The translations under genes were made by a program, and so were the position numbers. Below are positions 48,801-58,073 of a DNA stretch of 64,000 nucleotides, in pieces. The stretch comes from a virus. The notes under the pieces are model-generated. The model saw nothing but the letters and a program-made list of their open reading frames with translations, was not told where the DNA came from and ran no database searches. Position 1 is the first letter of the stretch, and every line of letters starts with the position of its first letter. The stretch spans positions 64,001-128,000 of the IMG/VR virus record IMGVR_UViG_3300008117_000025. One strand, written 5' to 3'.

Positions 48801-51800
48801 CATTTTGAAATAATACAACACCTATATTAATTAATGTATCAAACTGTCCATTACTAAAAGGAGTTCCTTGTTGGAAGATATTACCAGTCGAATCAACAGC
48901 AACAAAAGCTTGTTGGTAAGATGCTGTTAAAGGAGCAATACTAGCTGATAAATTGCCCCAGTTAAGGTATTGAATTGTTGGGTAAGGATTATCATTTAAA
49001 CTTGCATTTAAATCAACAATAATACCACTACCACTACTAATATTATATGTAGTAGATCCTGTAGCAGCTGTTATTACACCACCATTTAATAATCCAGTAT
49101 ATAAATTACCTTCTAACCAACGTAAACGAGTTGTATTAGAATATCCTCCTCCATTCTGAGAAAAATATAAGTCATTTGTAGATCCACTTACATAAATGTA
49201 AGAGGCAGATATTGAAGTATCTATATTTGTTGTTACAGGATCAAATCTATGATAACCTGATTGCCTAATATCACCATATATTTGTACTGATGCTGTTGCA
49301 GCTCCCGGTCCACTAGATCCAGAAATAGTAATACTACCTGATAATGAAGTATTTCCAAGTAATATATTGTTACCTATTTGGGTAGTAGAACCACTTACTA
49401 GGAAACTGCCTGTTATAGTTTGAATACCAATAAAAGTATTTGAACCGCTTGTATTTAATGAACCAGTTAATTTATAAGAGCCAATTAATTCTTTAGAATT
49501 AACCCAAACACTACCACTCTTTATAAATAAATCACCATATGATGAAGTAGTTGTACTATCAACTACATCATGTAATTCTCCTAATTCATATCCATTATCA
49601 ATCTTAATGTAGATTGAACCTACATTATTATCTATTCTTTCAGCATATCCTAATCTTACACCATGAAGTGGTGCTACAGGAGGAGTTTGAGTGAATTGAC
49701 CCGCTGAGCTACTTAAAAATATTAATTGACCTCCTACTAATCCTGTTGTATTTAATCCTCTTAAAGTACCTTCTGTTTGTACCCAACCTTCATCACCAGC
49801 GTTAATTGTTTCAGCAATAAAACCTAATGTATTAGCTGAACCTTGTTCAGCAGTTGCTGAAGCTAATTTAACAGCTATTCTATTACCTTGAGAGCCTGAA
49901 ATATATACTACTTGACCTTTAGTTAAGGTTCCACCACTATTATTGTAAACATATTGAAATAAATCTTCACCTATATTTAAAGTTACATTACCTCCAGCTA
50001 ATCCAAATTGTAAAGTACCTTCACCACTATCATATCCTAGTCTACCAAGAGCAGAAGCAAATGAAGCACTAGTATTAAAATCAATGTAATCTACATTAGT
50101 TATAGATCCTGATGTGTAATTTAATGAACCTGAAATATAAACAGATCCTGTTATATACAAAGCACTTCCACTATAAGTTAAATTAGCGGAAGCAGTTGCA
50201 GCATTTACACTACCGTCTGATAATAATATTCTGCCTACAGCAGGATCATATATTGTATTAAAGCCAGTGCCACTTGTGCCGCTAGAACCTGAAGTACCTG
50301 ATGAGCCAGAACTACCTGATGTTCCAGAAGAACCACTTGAACCTGATGTTCCAGATGAGCCACTTGTACCAGAGCTTCCTGATGTTCCTGAAGAACCAGA
50401 ACTACCACTTGTGCCTGAGCTTCCACTTGAACCTGAAGTTCCTGATGAGCCTGAACTTCCTGATGTACCACTTGAACCTGAACTACCACTTGTGCCTGAA
50501 GACCCAGAGGTACCGCTAGTTCCGGATGTACCAGAACTGCCGCTTGTACCAGAAGAACCACTTGTTCCTGAGGAGCCACTTGATCCTGCTGTACCACTTG
50601 TGCCTGAAGAGCCTGCGGTGCCGCTAGTTCCACTAGTAGCAGCTGTATATGAGGTTCCGTTTATAGTAAGGGAACCAGTTATATTTACTGATCCAGTAAA
50701 CTGATGGATATCACTTAATTCATCTCCAAATTTATTACTTCCACTGCTATATATAATAGAGGAAGTTATGTATTGTACATTTAAAGTTTGGGCAGTAATT
50801 GTATTAGTTACAGTTAAAGAACCACTAATAAAAGTACTACCAGTAATATTAAAATTACTATTACTATAAGTTAAATTGACAGAAGCCGTTGCTGCGTTAG
50901 CTGTACCATCTGAAAGTATTACTCTACCTTGAGAAGGAGAATTAATAGTATCAAAGCCTGTACCGCTTGTACCTGAACTTCCAGAAGAACCACTTGATCC
51001 ACTTGAACCTGATGTACCAGATGAACCTGAGGTACCACTAGATCCTGAAGAACCAGATGTACCTGAGCTGCCACTAGAGCCAGATGTTCCGGAGGAGCCG
51101 GAGCTTCCTGATGTGCCTGAAGAGCCAGAACTGCCTGAAGTTCCACTTGAACCCGAAGTACCTGATGATCCAGAGGTACCACTTGAACCACTAGAACCAC
51201 CAGTACCACTAGAGCCGCTTGTACCGGATGAACCAGAAGAACCTGCTGTACCGCTAGATCCTGCTGTACCACTTGTACCAGAAGAGCCTGCTGTACCACT
51301 AGTTCCACTAGTAGCAGCAGTATAAGAGGTACCATTTATAATTAAAGAACCAGTTATATCTACTGATCCGGTAAACTGGTGGGTATCTGTTAATAAAGAA
51401 CCAAATCTAGTTGATCCAGTTACATATTCAGTAGAAGATGTAATTGTTTGAGCGTGAATTGTTTGTGCTGTAAGAGTACCTCTTACTGTAAAATTATCTG
51501 CTGAAGAAGCGGTTGCTGCATTAGAAGCAGATATAATACTATTAGAACCATAAGGACCCCAAACATTAGCTCCTGTTATAAAAGATGCTGTTAATGCATT
51601 TTGTGCCCAACTAGAAGTACCATGTAAAGAACCAGTAATACCATTTAAAACAGTTAGTGAACCACTAATATTTAAAGAACCAGTTAATTCATGTTGATTA
51701 TTAGGATTTAATACTAATTTTTTATTTGCTTCTGTATCAGTACCACCAGCAAAAAACATTACTGGGTGGTTTGAGGCATTACCTATATGTAAGTGGTCTC

Positions 51801-52908
51801 CGGTAGAATATAGGTAAGCATCATTAGCCATACCTATAGCATTAGGTTGACTATAGTTACTACTATTGATACCCATATCAATGTAGTAACTAGATTCATT
51901 TCCTATATCATTAGTAGCAACTATATCAGCAGATGCTGTAGTTCCTGAATTTATATTTTGGATAGAAATTTGTGAGTAGTTATTTACATCTGATTCTGCT
52001 TGGATTAGATTGTATGTATTAGGAGCTGCAGGGGGAGCTACTATTCTTAACGCTGGTAGGGCAGGGCTTGCTGCGGAGCTTGTAGTATCAGTATTAAAAC
52101 TTGTTACACCTTCAGGATGAAACCAAATTTTAGCATTTGCTGTAGTGTCTAAACCACCATTAAATATAACAATTTTTTTATCAGCAGCAGCGTTTCCTAT
52201 ATAAAAGTCGTTTGCTTTAGAGAATAAATAACCATCATTTCCTAAACCAACAAAAAATGGATTATTATATGTACTACTATTAATACCAAAATCAACATAG
52301 TAATTATCTTCATCACCTATATCGTTTGTAACAACAATATCAGTTGATGCTAATGATCCACTACTTATATTTTTAAAGTTAACTTGAGAATAATTATCAG
52401 TATTGCTTCTACCAACAATTAAGTTATATGTTGTATCATCATGAGATACAATCAATAATGTTTCTGGGTTAAACTGGTCAAAAGAGCTAGTATTGATTGC
52501 AACACTACCGCTTTGATTGATAAGAAGTAAAGTAGTATTGCCTGAAGGGTCAGGAACATTATATGTTACTTCAAAAGCTCTCTCAGGATTAATGCTAACA
52601 CTAGCTGTAACACTACCTGTTACTATTCTGGAACTATCTACAACTGGTAGATTAGCTACATATGATGCTGTTAAAGCATAACTTGCGGTACCTAATAATG
52701 AGCCAGTAAATGAGCCTGAAAATGAGCCTGTAAATGCTCCTATTTTAGAGCCAATCGTAACAACTTCTTCACCGCTAGAACCTGACTTTTTCATAAAAGC
52801 CAGACCGTCGTATGTATTTAAAGCAATCTCTCCAAAATCAAGAGAAGAGGTAGTTGGTATTCTACCTGGTACCGCAGAACGGCGTAATTTTAAATATTGA
52901 TTCGACAT
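45835..52908 (-). CDS. giant tail fibre (2357 aa) with Mtd-N-like anchor, three Gly-X-Y S/T tracts and internally duplicated domains
   Basis: LKLRRSAVPGRIP...GEIALNTYDG anchor; tracts near 50960-51300, 50270-50640 and 46290-46640; duplicated RAFGPLK(L/I)SG domain. Confidence 0.85.
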   Translation of the reverse strand: MSNQYLKLRRSAVPGRIPTTSSLDFGEIALNTYDGLAFMKKSGSSGEEVVTIGSKIGAFTGSFSGSFTGSLLGTASYALTASYVANLPVVDSSRIVTGSVTASVSINPERAFEVTYNVPDPSGNTTLLLINQSGSVAINTSSFDQFNPETLLIVSHDDTTYNLIVGRSNTDNYSQVNFKNISSGSLASTDIVVTNDIGDEDNYYVDFGINSSTYNNPFFVGLGNDGYLFSKANDFYIGNAAADKKIVIFNGGLDTTANAKIWFHPEGVTSFNTDTTSSAASPALPALRIVAPPAAPNTYNLIQAESDVNNYSQISIQNINSGTTASADIVATNDIGNESSYYIDMGINSSNYSQPNAIGMANDAYLYSTGDHLHIGNASNHPVMFFAGGTDTEANKKLVLNPNNQHELTGSLNISGSLTVLNGITGSLHGTSSWAQNALTASFITGANVWGPYGSNSIISASNAATASSADNFTVRGTLTAQTIHAQTITSSTEYVTGSTRFGSLLTDTHQFTGSVDITGSLIINGTSYTAATSGTSGTAGSSGTSGTAGSSGTAGSSGSSGTSGSSGTGGSSGSSGTSGSSGTSGSSGTSGSSGSSGTSGSSGSSGTSGSSGSSGTSGSSGSSGTSGSSGTSGSSGSSGSSGSSGTSGTGFDTINSPSQGRVILSDGTANAATASVNLTYSNSNFNITGSTFISGSLTVTNTITAQTLNVQYITSSIIYSSGSNKFGDELSDIHQFTGSVNITGSLTINGTSYTAATSGTSGTAGSSGTSGTAGSSGSSGTSGSSGTSGSSGTSGTSGTSGSSGTSGSSGSSGTSGSSGSSGTSGSSGSSGTSGSSGSSGTSGSSGTSGSSGTSGSSGSSGTSGSSGSSGTSGSSGTSGTGFNTIYDPAVGRILLSDGSVNAATASANLTYSGSALYITGSVYISGSLNYTSGSITNVDYIDFNTSASFASALGRLGYDSGEGTLQFGLAGGNVTLNIGEDLFQYVYNNSGGTLTKGQVVYISGSQGNRIAVKLASATAEQGSANTLGFIAETINAGDEGWVQTEGTLRGLNTTGLVGGQLIFLSSSAGQFTQTPPVAPLHGVRLGYAERIDNNVGSIYIKIDNGYELGELHDVVDSTTTSSYGDLFIKSGSVWVNSKELIGSYKLTGSLNTSGSNTFIGIQTITGSFLVSGSTTQIGNNILLGNTSLSGSITISGSSGPGAATASVQIYGDIRQSGYHRFDPVTTNIDTSISASYIYVSGSTNDLYFSQNGGGYSNTTRLRWLEGNLYTGLLNGGVITAATGSTTYNISSGSGIIVDLNASLNDNPYPTIQYLNWGNLSASIAPLTASYQQAFVAVDSTGNIFQQGTPFSNGQFDTLINIGVVLFQNGSTINAVKTQPSVAYGFEQSQNIFNRAFGPLKLSGFTLTPSGSSTGGLVVGSGTAYSPGSNYTIDPNEPSYAVDSGTSISKIYRYYQSGSTWVYQTNGGAGFTSIDPTQYSNNGTLTAVPPPANLNWTIQRVFWFPNSVAKAIVVYYGNAYYGSESEAIANINIEPFVEAPNTAANAIYLGAVIINGSGVFTNANDFTIVPGGLFRSVGGSGGGGSVITTRLVDLSDVMISGPTDGQALVYNSTSTKWENESYISASISGNAATATTASFASTASSANIFAIRNYLELKPGTDPGGSNVSSSYFFVTSSLDDTIPNLHYRNNSALWETHWLEERTDTGIVWGGVTTFSGSILYVTPGAGLIIDHNAITSSHNSTNPTYVQFGPITASAQYITSSQVTYLLIDSNGSLIQQTSPFTPQQYNEQFPLGYIFNLTTSSISSFADARVTTYGQSEQSNQFVRAFGPLKISGFDITPQTSSLRISIASGQAYRYGGFYSQNPTSPSIYDSTTIATGSLVRVYRDPGVTGGYRAATNAGVPYTVIDPTKYDNGSGTLQTVSASQWTIQRVFQGVVNNLSYVYYGQNVYDNLSTALQSITTEEFVESPTSQLALPFIGYIIAKGDTTDLSDTANNKIIQAGLFRNTAGSSGGGGAAVTNLNDLGDVTISSPSTGQALVYNAGLWVNGIPASASYAATSSFSNNFIVSGSLDISGSLTINGTSYTAATSGTSGTSGTSGTTGTSGTSGTTGTSGTAGTSGSSGTSGSSGTSGSSGTSGQNGSSGTSGSSGTSGQNGSSGTSGTSGSSGTSGTSGSSGTSGSSGTSGSSGTSGSTGTSGSSGTAGTGFNTINSPATGRILLSDGTVNAATASVSMSFTGGILNVTSSIIATNFTGSLLGTASFATTASYALNAGVSGLKTKAGSVAAGSFAGNPRKSTITFAAAFADANYAVVITGEDSRTWTVESKVSGSFVINANSNVGLAGTTYWIATAYGETN

Positions 52909-52959
52909 GTCTTAGTATATACTAACGGTAAAAGCTATATATATAGCCGTTAATAAATA

Positions 52960-53175
52960 TTAATAGTCGCCTAAATCTACAGTAAAGAAACTACCACTAT
53001 CACCAAATGTATCAATATTTTGAATTGTAAGTGAACCTGTAGTAGTTGGAGTTGAAGTAACAATAGCAGAACCAGATATAATTAAAGCATTATTCTCACC
53101 ACTAATAGTAAGTTGATTTGAACCACTATCATAGGACATATTAGATAATACTTGTTTTAGTTTTAAATGTGCCAT
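52960..53175 (-). CDS. small structural hypothetical protein (71 aa)
   Basis: S/T/G-rich; TAA/ATG coupled to the upstream gene. Confidence 0.65.
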   Translation of the reverse strand: MAHLKLKQVLSNMSYDSGSNQLTISGENNALIISGSAIVTSTPTTTGSLTIQNIDTFGDSGSFFTVDLGDY

Positions 53176-54447
53176 TTATACAAATTTACCTATTGCTAGA
53201 ATTTGATCTGCTACTCCTCCGTCATTACTAAATGTAATTGGTTCTCCTCCTACTCCTAACTGAGCTGGGTCTATAGTTAATGTGCAGGTTCCATCTCCAT
53301 TATCAGCAAAGCTAACTATAGAAGAAGAATCTATTAATTGACCATTTAAAAAGAAAGTAAAATTAGAAACAGTAGTTGCCGGTAAAGGAGAAGGTGCTGT
53401 TAAGAAAGAAGTATTAAAGGTTGCTGTGGAGTCAGTAAAAGATACAGCATACTCTGTTTTATTTGCTAATAAATAATTAGATAAATTCTCGGGGATAGTG
53501 ATTTGAGAATTAACATTCACATTGTAAGAATCAGCAAATGAAGTACCACCCATAGCTGTTTTTGGTGCTGATTTTCCTCCTGCTATTGATATTTCAGAAC
53601 TACTATCAGTTTCAAATGTAAATTTAATTTGAGCAGGAGAATAATGGATATTTGTATCTGATAGATGTTGATTAATAGAGTCTGCTATTAAATATCCATT
53701 TACTTTTAAGCTAACTGTAGTAGATGATATTCTATCTTCACCTGTATTAATAATATTTGTTATACCAAATGAATCTAATGATGTTCTAAATTGCCATCTA
53801 TTAGCATCACCCCAATATGAATCAGAAGCATATTCAATTGCTTCAATTAATTTATTGTTCTGTTCAACGTAGTTTGTTAATAAAACACAGTCATATGATA
53901 TAGTAACATAATCAGGAACTACAGAAACGTAAAATTGTTTTGATGGTGTTCTATTTGTTAAAACAGAAAATTGATCATATTGGTTTCTTTGATTATATCT
54001 AGTTTCAAAAGTTTGAAATAAAGAAGCTAAGTTACCATCTATTTTATTACCTAATGTTCTATTTTTTTCAACATTTGTTCTTTTAAACATTATAAGGGGA
54101 AAAACAGCTTTTCCATTAGTATCTCTGTAATATCCGTCAGCTTGAACTGATTGCCAGCGCTCAGGAGAACCATACATTACTTGAACAGCTATTCTATTTC
54201 CATCTTGTACTATTGTTGGTTTAATAACATTTTGAAAATAATGCATTAATGCATAATCAATATCCTCTAAACCAATAGCAATATCCTTTATCTTATCAGT
54301 TTTACGAGTAGTATTTAATGCTCTGTTTTCACGATGAGTAAATACATTTTGACTAATCGGTTTACCCTGATTAAGAAAAGGAGTAATAGTATCTTGTACT
54401 ATTTCTGCTTGGTTTTTTGGTATTGGTTTTCTATCTCTAGTAGCCAT
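53176..54447 (-). CDS. tail terminator / sheath stabiliser (T4 gp15-like) with C-terminal extension
   Basis: IGLEDID, VMYGSPERW, PLIMFKR, PDYVTISY; position after the neck genes. Confidence 0.7.
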   Translation of the reverse strand: MATRDRKPIPKNQAEIVQDTITPFLNQGKPISQNVFTHRENRALNTTRKTDKIKDIAIGLEDIDYALMHYFQNVIKPTIVQDGNRIAVQVMYGSPERWQSVQADGYYRDTNGKAVFPLIMFKRTNVEKNRTLGNKIDGNLASLFQTFETRYNQRNQYDQFSVLTNRTPSKQFYVSVVPDYVTISYDCVLLTNYVEQNNKLIEAIEYASDSYWGDANRWQFRTSLDSFGITNIINTGEDRISSTTVSLKVNGYLIADSINQHLSDTNIHYSPAQIKFTFETDSSSEISIAGGKSAPKTAMGGTSFADSYNVNVNSQITIPENLSNYLLANKTEYAVSFTDSTATFNTSFLTAPSPLPATTVSNFTFFLNGQLIDSSSIVSFADNGDGTCTLTIDPAQLGVGGEPITFSNDGGVADQILAIGKFV

Positions 54448-54827
54448 TATATTCTACCTCTTTTTTTAAGGTCGATTAACTTATCAAGAGCAGTCATTGC
54501 TCTAAATAATTTATTATGAAGACTATTTATTTCTTTTGCTACTGCTTTAATATCAGGATCAGGAGAAAAAGTAAATACATCAAATTCTTTTTTATTTTGA
54601 ATAATGTCTCTTTTAACCTGATCCATCTTAGGTAAATTAATTACCTGAGAAGCACTAGTAATTTCAGGGCGACTAGGATCAATAGGGATCATAATAGATC
54701 CTTTTGTAAATAATTCATCACGCTCTTCAGGAGTTAAATCAGCAATAGTAAGTTCTCTGCCTGATGGCTTATCAGCGTAAATTTTTTTTGGTTTCTCTAG
54801 TTCTTTTAAAATATCTATTAATTTCAT
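54447..54827 (-). CDS. hypothetical protein, possible internal head protein
   Basis: N-terminal MKLIDILKE. Confidence 0.65.
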   Translation of the reverse strand: MKLIDILKELEKPKKIYADKPSGRELTIADLTPEERDELFTKGSIMIPIDPSRPEITSASQVINLPKMDQVKRDIIQNKKEFDVFTFSPDPDIKAVAKEINSLHNKLFRAMTALDKLIDLKKRGRI

Positions 54828-54832
54828 AATAA

Positions 54833-55174
54833 TTAGTATGATCCTACTTTAATAATTGTTGGGTATCTAGGTATAAACTGCAACAAACCAGGAACTTTAT
54901 TTTTAGTTACAGCGTCTATACCAATTTCTTTAATTGATGTCTTTGCATCTCCTCTACCAATATATTTTATTTTAAGTAAAGAATATTCGTATTTGTCAGT
55001 TGCTTTAGCATTTAAAAAGTCACTTTGTTCAATAGTAACAACAACTACACCACTTAATGCTCTAATCTCATTATAAACTTCTACTTTATTTTGATCAGCA
55101 GCTGTTTTAATAAGTACATCACATCTAAAAATTGTGATACCTTCGTTTAATAATATTTTACCTAATAATCCCAT
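54833..55174 (-). CDS. hypothetical protein, possible internal head protein
   Basis: N-terminal MGLLGKILLNE. Confidence 0.65.
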   Translation of the reverse strand: MGLLGKILLNEGITIFRCDVLIKTAADQNKVEVYNEIRALSGVVVVTIEQSDFLNAKATDKYEYSLLKIKYIGRGDAKTSIKEIGIDAVTKNKVPGLLQFIPRYPTIIKVGSY

Positions 55175-55785
55175 TAGCTATATTGAATTAAGTTAAGTCT
55201 TGTTGTTCTTGTTAAATGAGCACTTAAAGTAAATAATACAATTTGTCCTGGGGTTCCTAAGGAAGATCCTGCTCCTGTTCCTCCAGGTATTGTTATAAAT
55301 GATCTATCTACAGTAAATACTTCATAATATTTTTCTTGATCAGTTATTATATCACCTACTTCAGGAATAAAATCTAACTCTACTAATGCTATTTTTGATA
55401 TAGTAACTTTTATAGTTTGGTTTACATCAGGACCAAATTCAGTATCAGTATAAGCAAATTCACCTCTATCAATTAAACACCTTACTTCAACAGGAGGGTA
55501 ATACCATTTTTCTGTTGATTCACCATACATATTTACTTTAGTCTTATATAAATCAATTTTAAAATATCCAACTTTTTGGTTTGAATATTTTATAGCAGCA
55601 TCCGCTGCTTCATCAGGATATGTGTTAGGTCCACCACCTAATCCTGCACTTCCAGTTGGTGGTTGTGGAGGTGTAGTCGGTGCCCCTGGTTTGGTTGCTG
55701 AGGCAGTTGGAGCAGAATTTGGGAAATCTGCTAAATCACAGTCTCCTAGATTTATATATCGTTGTACTCCTCTAAACTGCTTCAT
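55174..55785 (-). CDS. neck / head-closure protein (T4 gp14-like) with Pro/Thr-rich insertion
   Basis: KVNMYGES, FGPDVNQ, PEVGDII, YYEV; follows the gp13-like gene. Confidence 0.7.
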   Translation of the reverse strand: MKQFRGVQRYINLGDCDLADFPNSAPTASATKPGAPTTPPQPPTGSAGLGGGPNTYPDEAADAAIKYSNQKVGYFKIDLYKTKVNMYGESTEKWYYPPVEVRCLIDRGEFAYTDTEFGPDVNQTIKVTISKIALVELDFIPEVGDIITDQEKYYEVFTVDRSFITIPGGTGAGSSLGTPGQIVLFTLSAHLTRTTRLNLIQYS

Positions 55786-57407
55786 TAGAAAACATATATT
55801 GGTAAAGGAATTTGTTGTAATGTATCACGCTGGAATTGAGATTCTTGTTGCTTGCGCTCTAATTGTCCTTTACGTGACGTTTCATTTAACATTTCCTTTA
55901 ACTCAGTTATTAATTGTTCTTTTTCTGTTCTAGAATCAGCTACTAATTCAGATCCTTGAAGTGAACCTACACCTTGAACATTTACATTTGCAAATTGAAT
56001 ACGAATGTGTGCTTCAATTTCACGACACAATGCTAAGGTATATTTAAAAATCCAAGTTCTACCTACAGTATTAATTTTAGCATAAATTGGATTACGATAA
56101 GGAACATTCATAATGTCTGTTACAACATTGTTTCTAGTATCCTTGATAACACTAAATTTATCACTTATAGTAACATATTCAAAAAATAAATTCTTATCCA
56201 TTGTAGGGATAGGAAATATTTTTAATTTATTATTTACTAAATTAAATGAATAAGCTGATTTTCTTATTTGATCATTAAATTCAATTGCTTGGATTTTTTG
56301 TACATCAAAATGAATTGGCATTAATAGGAAATTAACACCAGGAGAAAATTGACCAAATCCAAAAGTCTCAAGTAATGATTGTATACCAGTACCTGTACCT
56401 GCATATGGATCAAAGTAACGAACGATTGCAGGGGGTTCTTCATAAAATATTCTTCTAATTTCAATTCTATCACCAGGATCTAATGATGCTGAAGCTGCAG
56501 CCCATACATTTAAATCGTAATCTTGAACTCCCATAGACATTGAAACAGAACCAGTTAATACAGTGTATTTTCCTCCTACTCCTGTTTCTGATGCATAATC
56601 TTCAGCAATAGTAGTTGTTAATGTAGCAAGATTATTGCTTAATATTTTATTATTTAATTCTGGTTCTAGGCTATCTTGAATATAAATTGTTGGAATTGTA
56701 TTTCCTCCAAATATAGGGGATCCACCTGCTATATTATAGTCTGAGGTGAAAACATATACATAACTTTCCCCAGGAGTAATAACTCCATCTACTGTTGGTC
56801 CTCCCAATCTATTTAATTGATTATAGACAAAAGCACTTAAATCAATAATATTCCCTGAAACAGAGTCAGTGTATTCAGTTGCAAATGTAATTGATTTTAC
56901 ATAGTCTTTATTGGGTAAAACAAAATCAGAAACAGATGCAGAAATAATATACACATTACCATCATCAACTGATTGAGAGAAAGTTGCATTATATTCAATA
57001 TCGGCTTGAGTGGCCCATCTAGGTCCTGACCAATTTACAGGTGAGTTTATATCAATGCTATCAACATAAGTAACAGTAGCGTTATTAAGTTGAGCTGATG
57101 GAGATCCCTCCATGTTAAGGTACTGGTCTCTAATTTTATATTGGTAAACTAGATTACCATAAGTAGTAACTGCTTCTTCAAAAGCAGCATATACTGTTAA
57201 GTCAGAAATATTAAGTTGTGTATTACCTAATCCACTAGCGCCTAAACGTTGTGCAACAAAACGTGCACAGTTTTTAGCATCACGAACAAACTCAGGATCG
57301 TTATCGTAATATTCAAATGGTGTATTACATTTAACAGGATTTAAATACGATGTATCACCGTAATATTCATCCCACAGTCTTTTTAGATTGATTGCTTTTG
57401 CGGCCAT
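55785..57407 (-). CDS. neck protein / head-tail adaptor (T4 gp13-like)
   Basis: AQRLG, FEEAVTTY, WIFKYTLAL, LQGSELV, C-terminal PLPIYV. Confidence 0.75.
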   Translation of the reverse strand: MAAKAINLKRLWDEYYGDTSYLNPVKCNTPFEYYDNDPEFVRDAKNCARFVAQRLGASGLGNTQLNISDLTVYAAFEEAVTTYGNLVYQYKIRDQYLNMEGSPSAQLNNATVTYVDSIDINSPVNWSGPRWATQADIEYNATFSQSVDDGNVYIISASVSDFVLPNKDYVKSITFATEYTDSVSGNIIDLSAFVYNQLNRLGGPTVDGVITPGESYVYVFTSDYNIAGGSPIFGGNTIPTIYIQDSLEPELNNKILSNNLATLTTTIAEDYASETGVGGKYTVLTGSVSMSMGVQDYDLNVWAAASASLDPGDRIEIRRIFYEEPPAIVRYFDPYAGTGTGIQSLLETFGFGQFSPGVNFLLMPIHFDVQKIQAIEFNDQIRKSAYSFNLVNNKLKIFPIPTMDKNLFFEYVTISDKFSVIKDTRNNVVTDIMNVPYRNPIYAKINTVGRTWIFKYTLALCREIEAHIRIQFANVNVQGVGSLQGSELVADSRTEKEQLITELKEMLNETSRKGQLERKQQESQFQRDTLQQIPLPIYVF

Positions 57408-57981
57408 TATTTAAGTAGTATTTAACACGTATAAATATACTTAATCTATCTTTCAAGTCAATTTGTGCAGTATCACCACATATGAGCATTTTACTACCTT
57501 CACATATTCTTCCTAATAATAATTCCATTTGTCTGTGGGTGATGTTTTGACCTTCGTCAACTACTACAGCGCAGTTAGTAAGGTTACGACCACGCATAAA
57601 TGCTAATGGAATAACTTCAATGTGCCCTTCCATTATTTCTTTATCGATTTTTTCTTTATTGTATAATCGATACATGTTGTCATAAATGGCTGCTGTGTAT
57701 GGAGCTAATTTAGCATCTTTATCGCCAGGAAGATATCCAATTTCTTCTCCTGATGTTACAGCAGGGCGAGTAAGTATTACTTTCTCTACTTCATGGCGAA
57801 ATAATAAGTCAAGAGCAACTTGCGCTGCTAACATTGATTTACCACTACCAGCACTACCTTTTAATACTGTAATTTTATTTTGGAGGACAATTGCTTTAGC
57901 TTCTTTCTGCTCTTCGTTGAGAGTAACCGCAAATTTAATCGGATTTTTGAAGCTCTTCTTTTTGGGAAGGTGATCAGTCAT
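57367..57981 (-). CDS. phoH: PhoH-family ATPase, apparently C-terminally truncated
   Basis: GSAGSGKS, TRPAV, GYLPG, PLAFMRGR, VDEGQN, GDTAQIDL; the sequence after DLKD is not PhoH-like and overlaps the next gene by 41 nt. Confidence 0.85.
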   Translation of the reverse strand: MTDHLPKKKSFKNPIKFAVTLNEEQKEAKAIVLQNKITVLKGSAGSGKSMLAAQVALDLLFRHEVEKVILTRPAVTSGEEIGYLPGDKDAKLAPYTAAIYDNMYRLYNKEKIDKEIMEGHIEVIPLAFMRGRNLTNCAVVVDEGQNITHRQMELLLGRICEGSKMLICGDTAQIDLKDRLSIFIRVKYYLNNGRKSNQSKKTVG

Positions 57982-58010
57982 GTAACACGTTTGCTATAAA
58001 TATAAAAAAA

Positions 58011-58060
58011 AAGCCCAACCTTACGGGGTTGGGCTTAATTTACTAACCTTACGGGGTTAG
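58011..58060 (-). terminator. intrinsic terminator after the capsid gene, preceded by a second hairpin sharing a 14-nt core
   Basis: Minus strand AAGCCCAACC-CCGTAA-GGTTGGGCTT plus T-run; AACCCCGTAAGGTT occurs at 58017-58030 and 58045-58058. Confidence 0.88.
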
Positions 58061-58073
58061 ATTATATGTTGGA

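Noticed and set aside
44453-51335. Alternate-frame minus ORFs rich in VLQAQ (44453..45577, 46209..46631, 50235..50633, 50919..51335)
   Set aside because: Out-of-frame readings of the Gly-X-Y repeats, which lack stops by composition
52925-52952. Palindrome GCTATATATATAGC upstream of the giant fibre gene as a terminator
   Set aside because: AT-rich, weak stem lying downstream of a promoter motif; function cannot be supported
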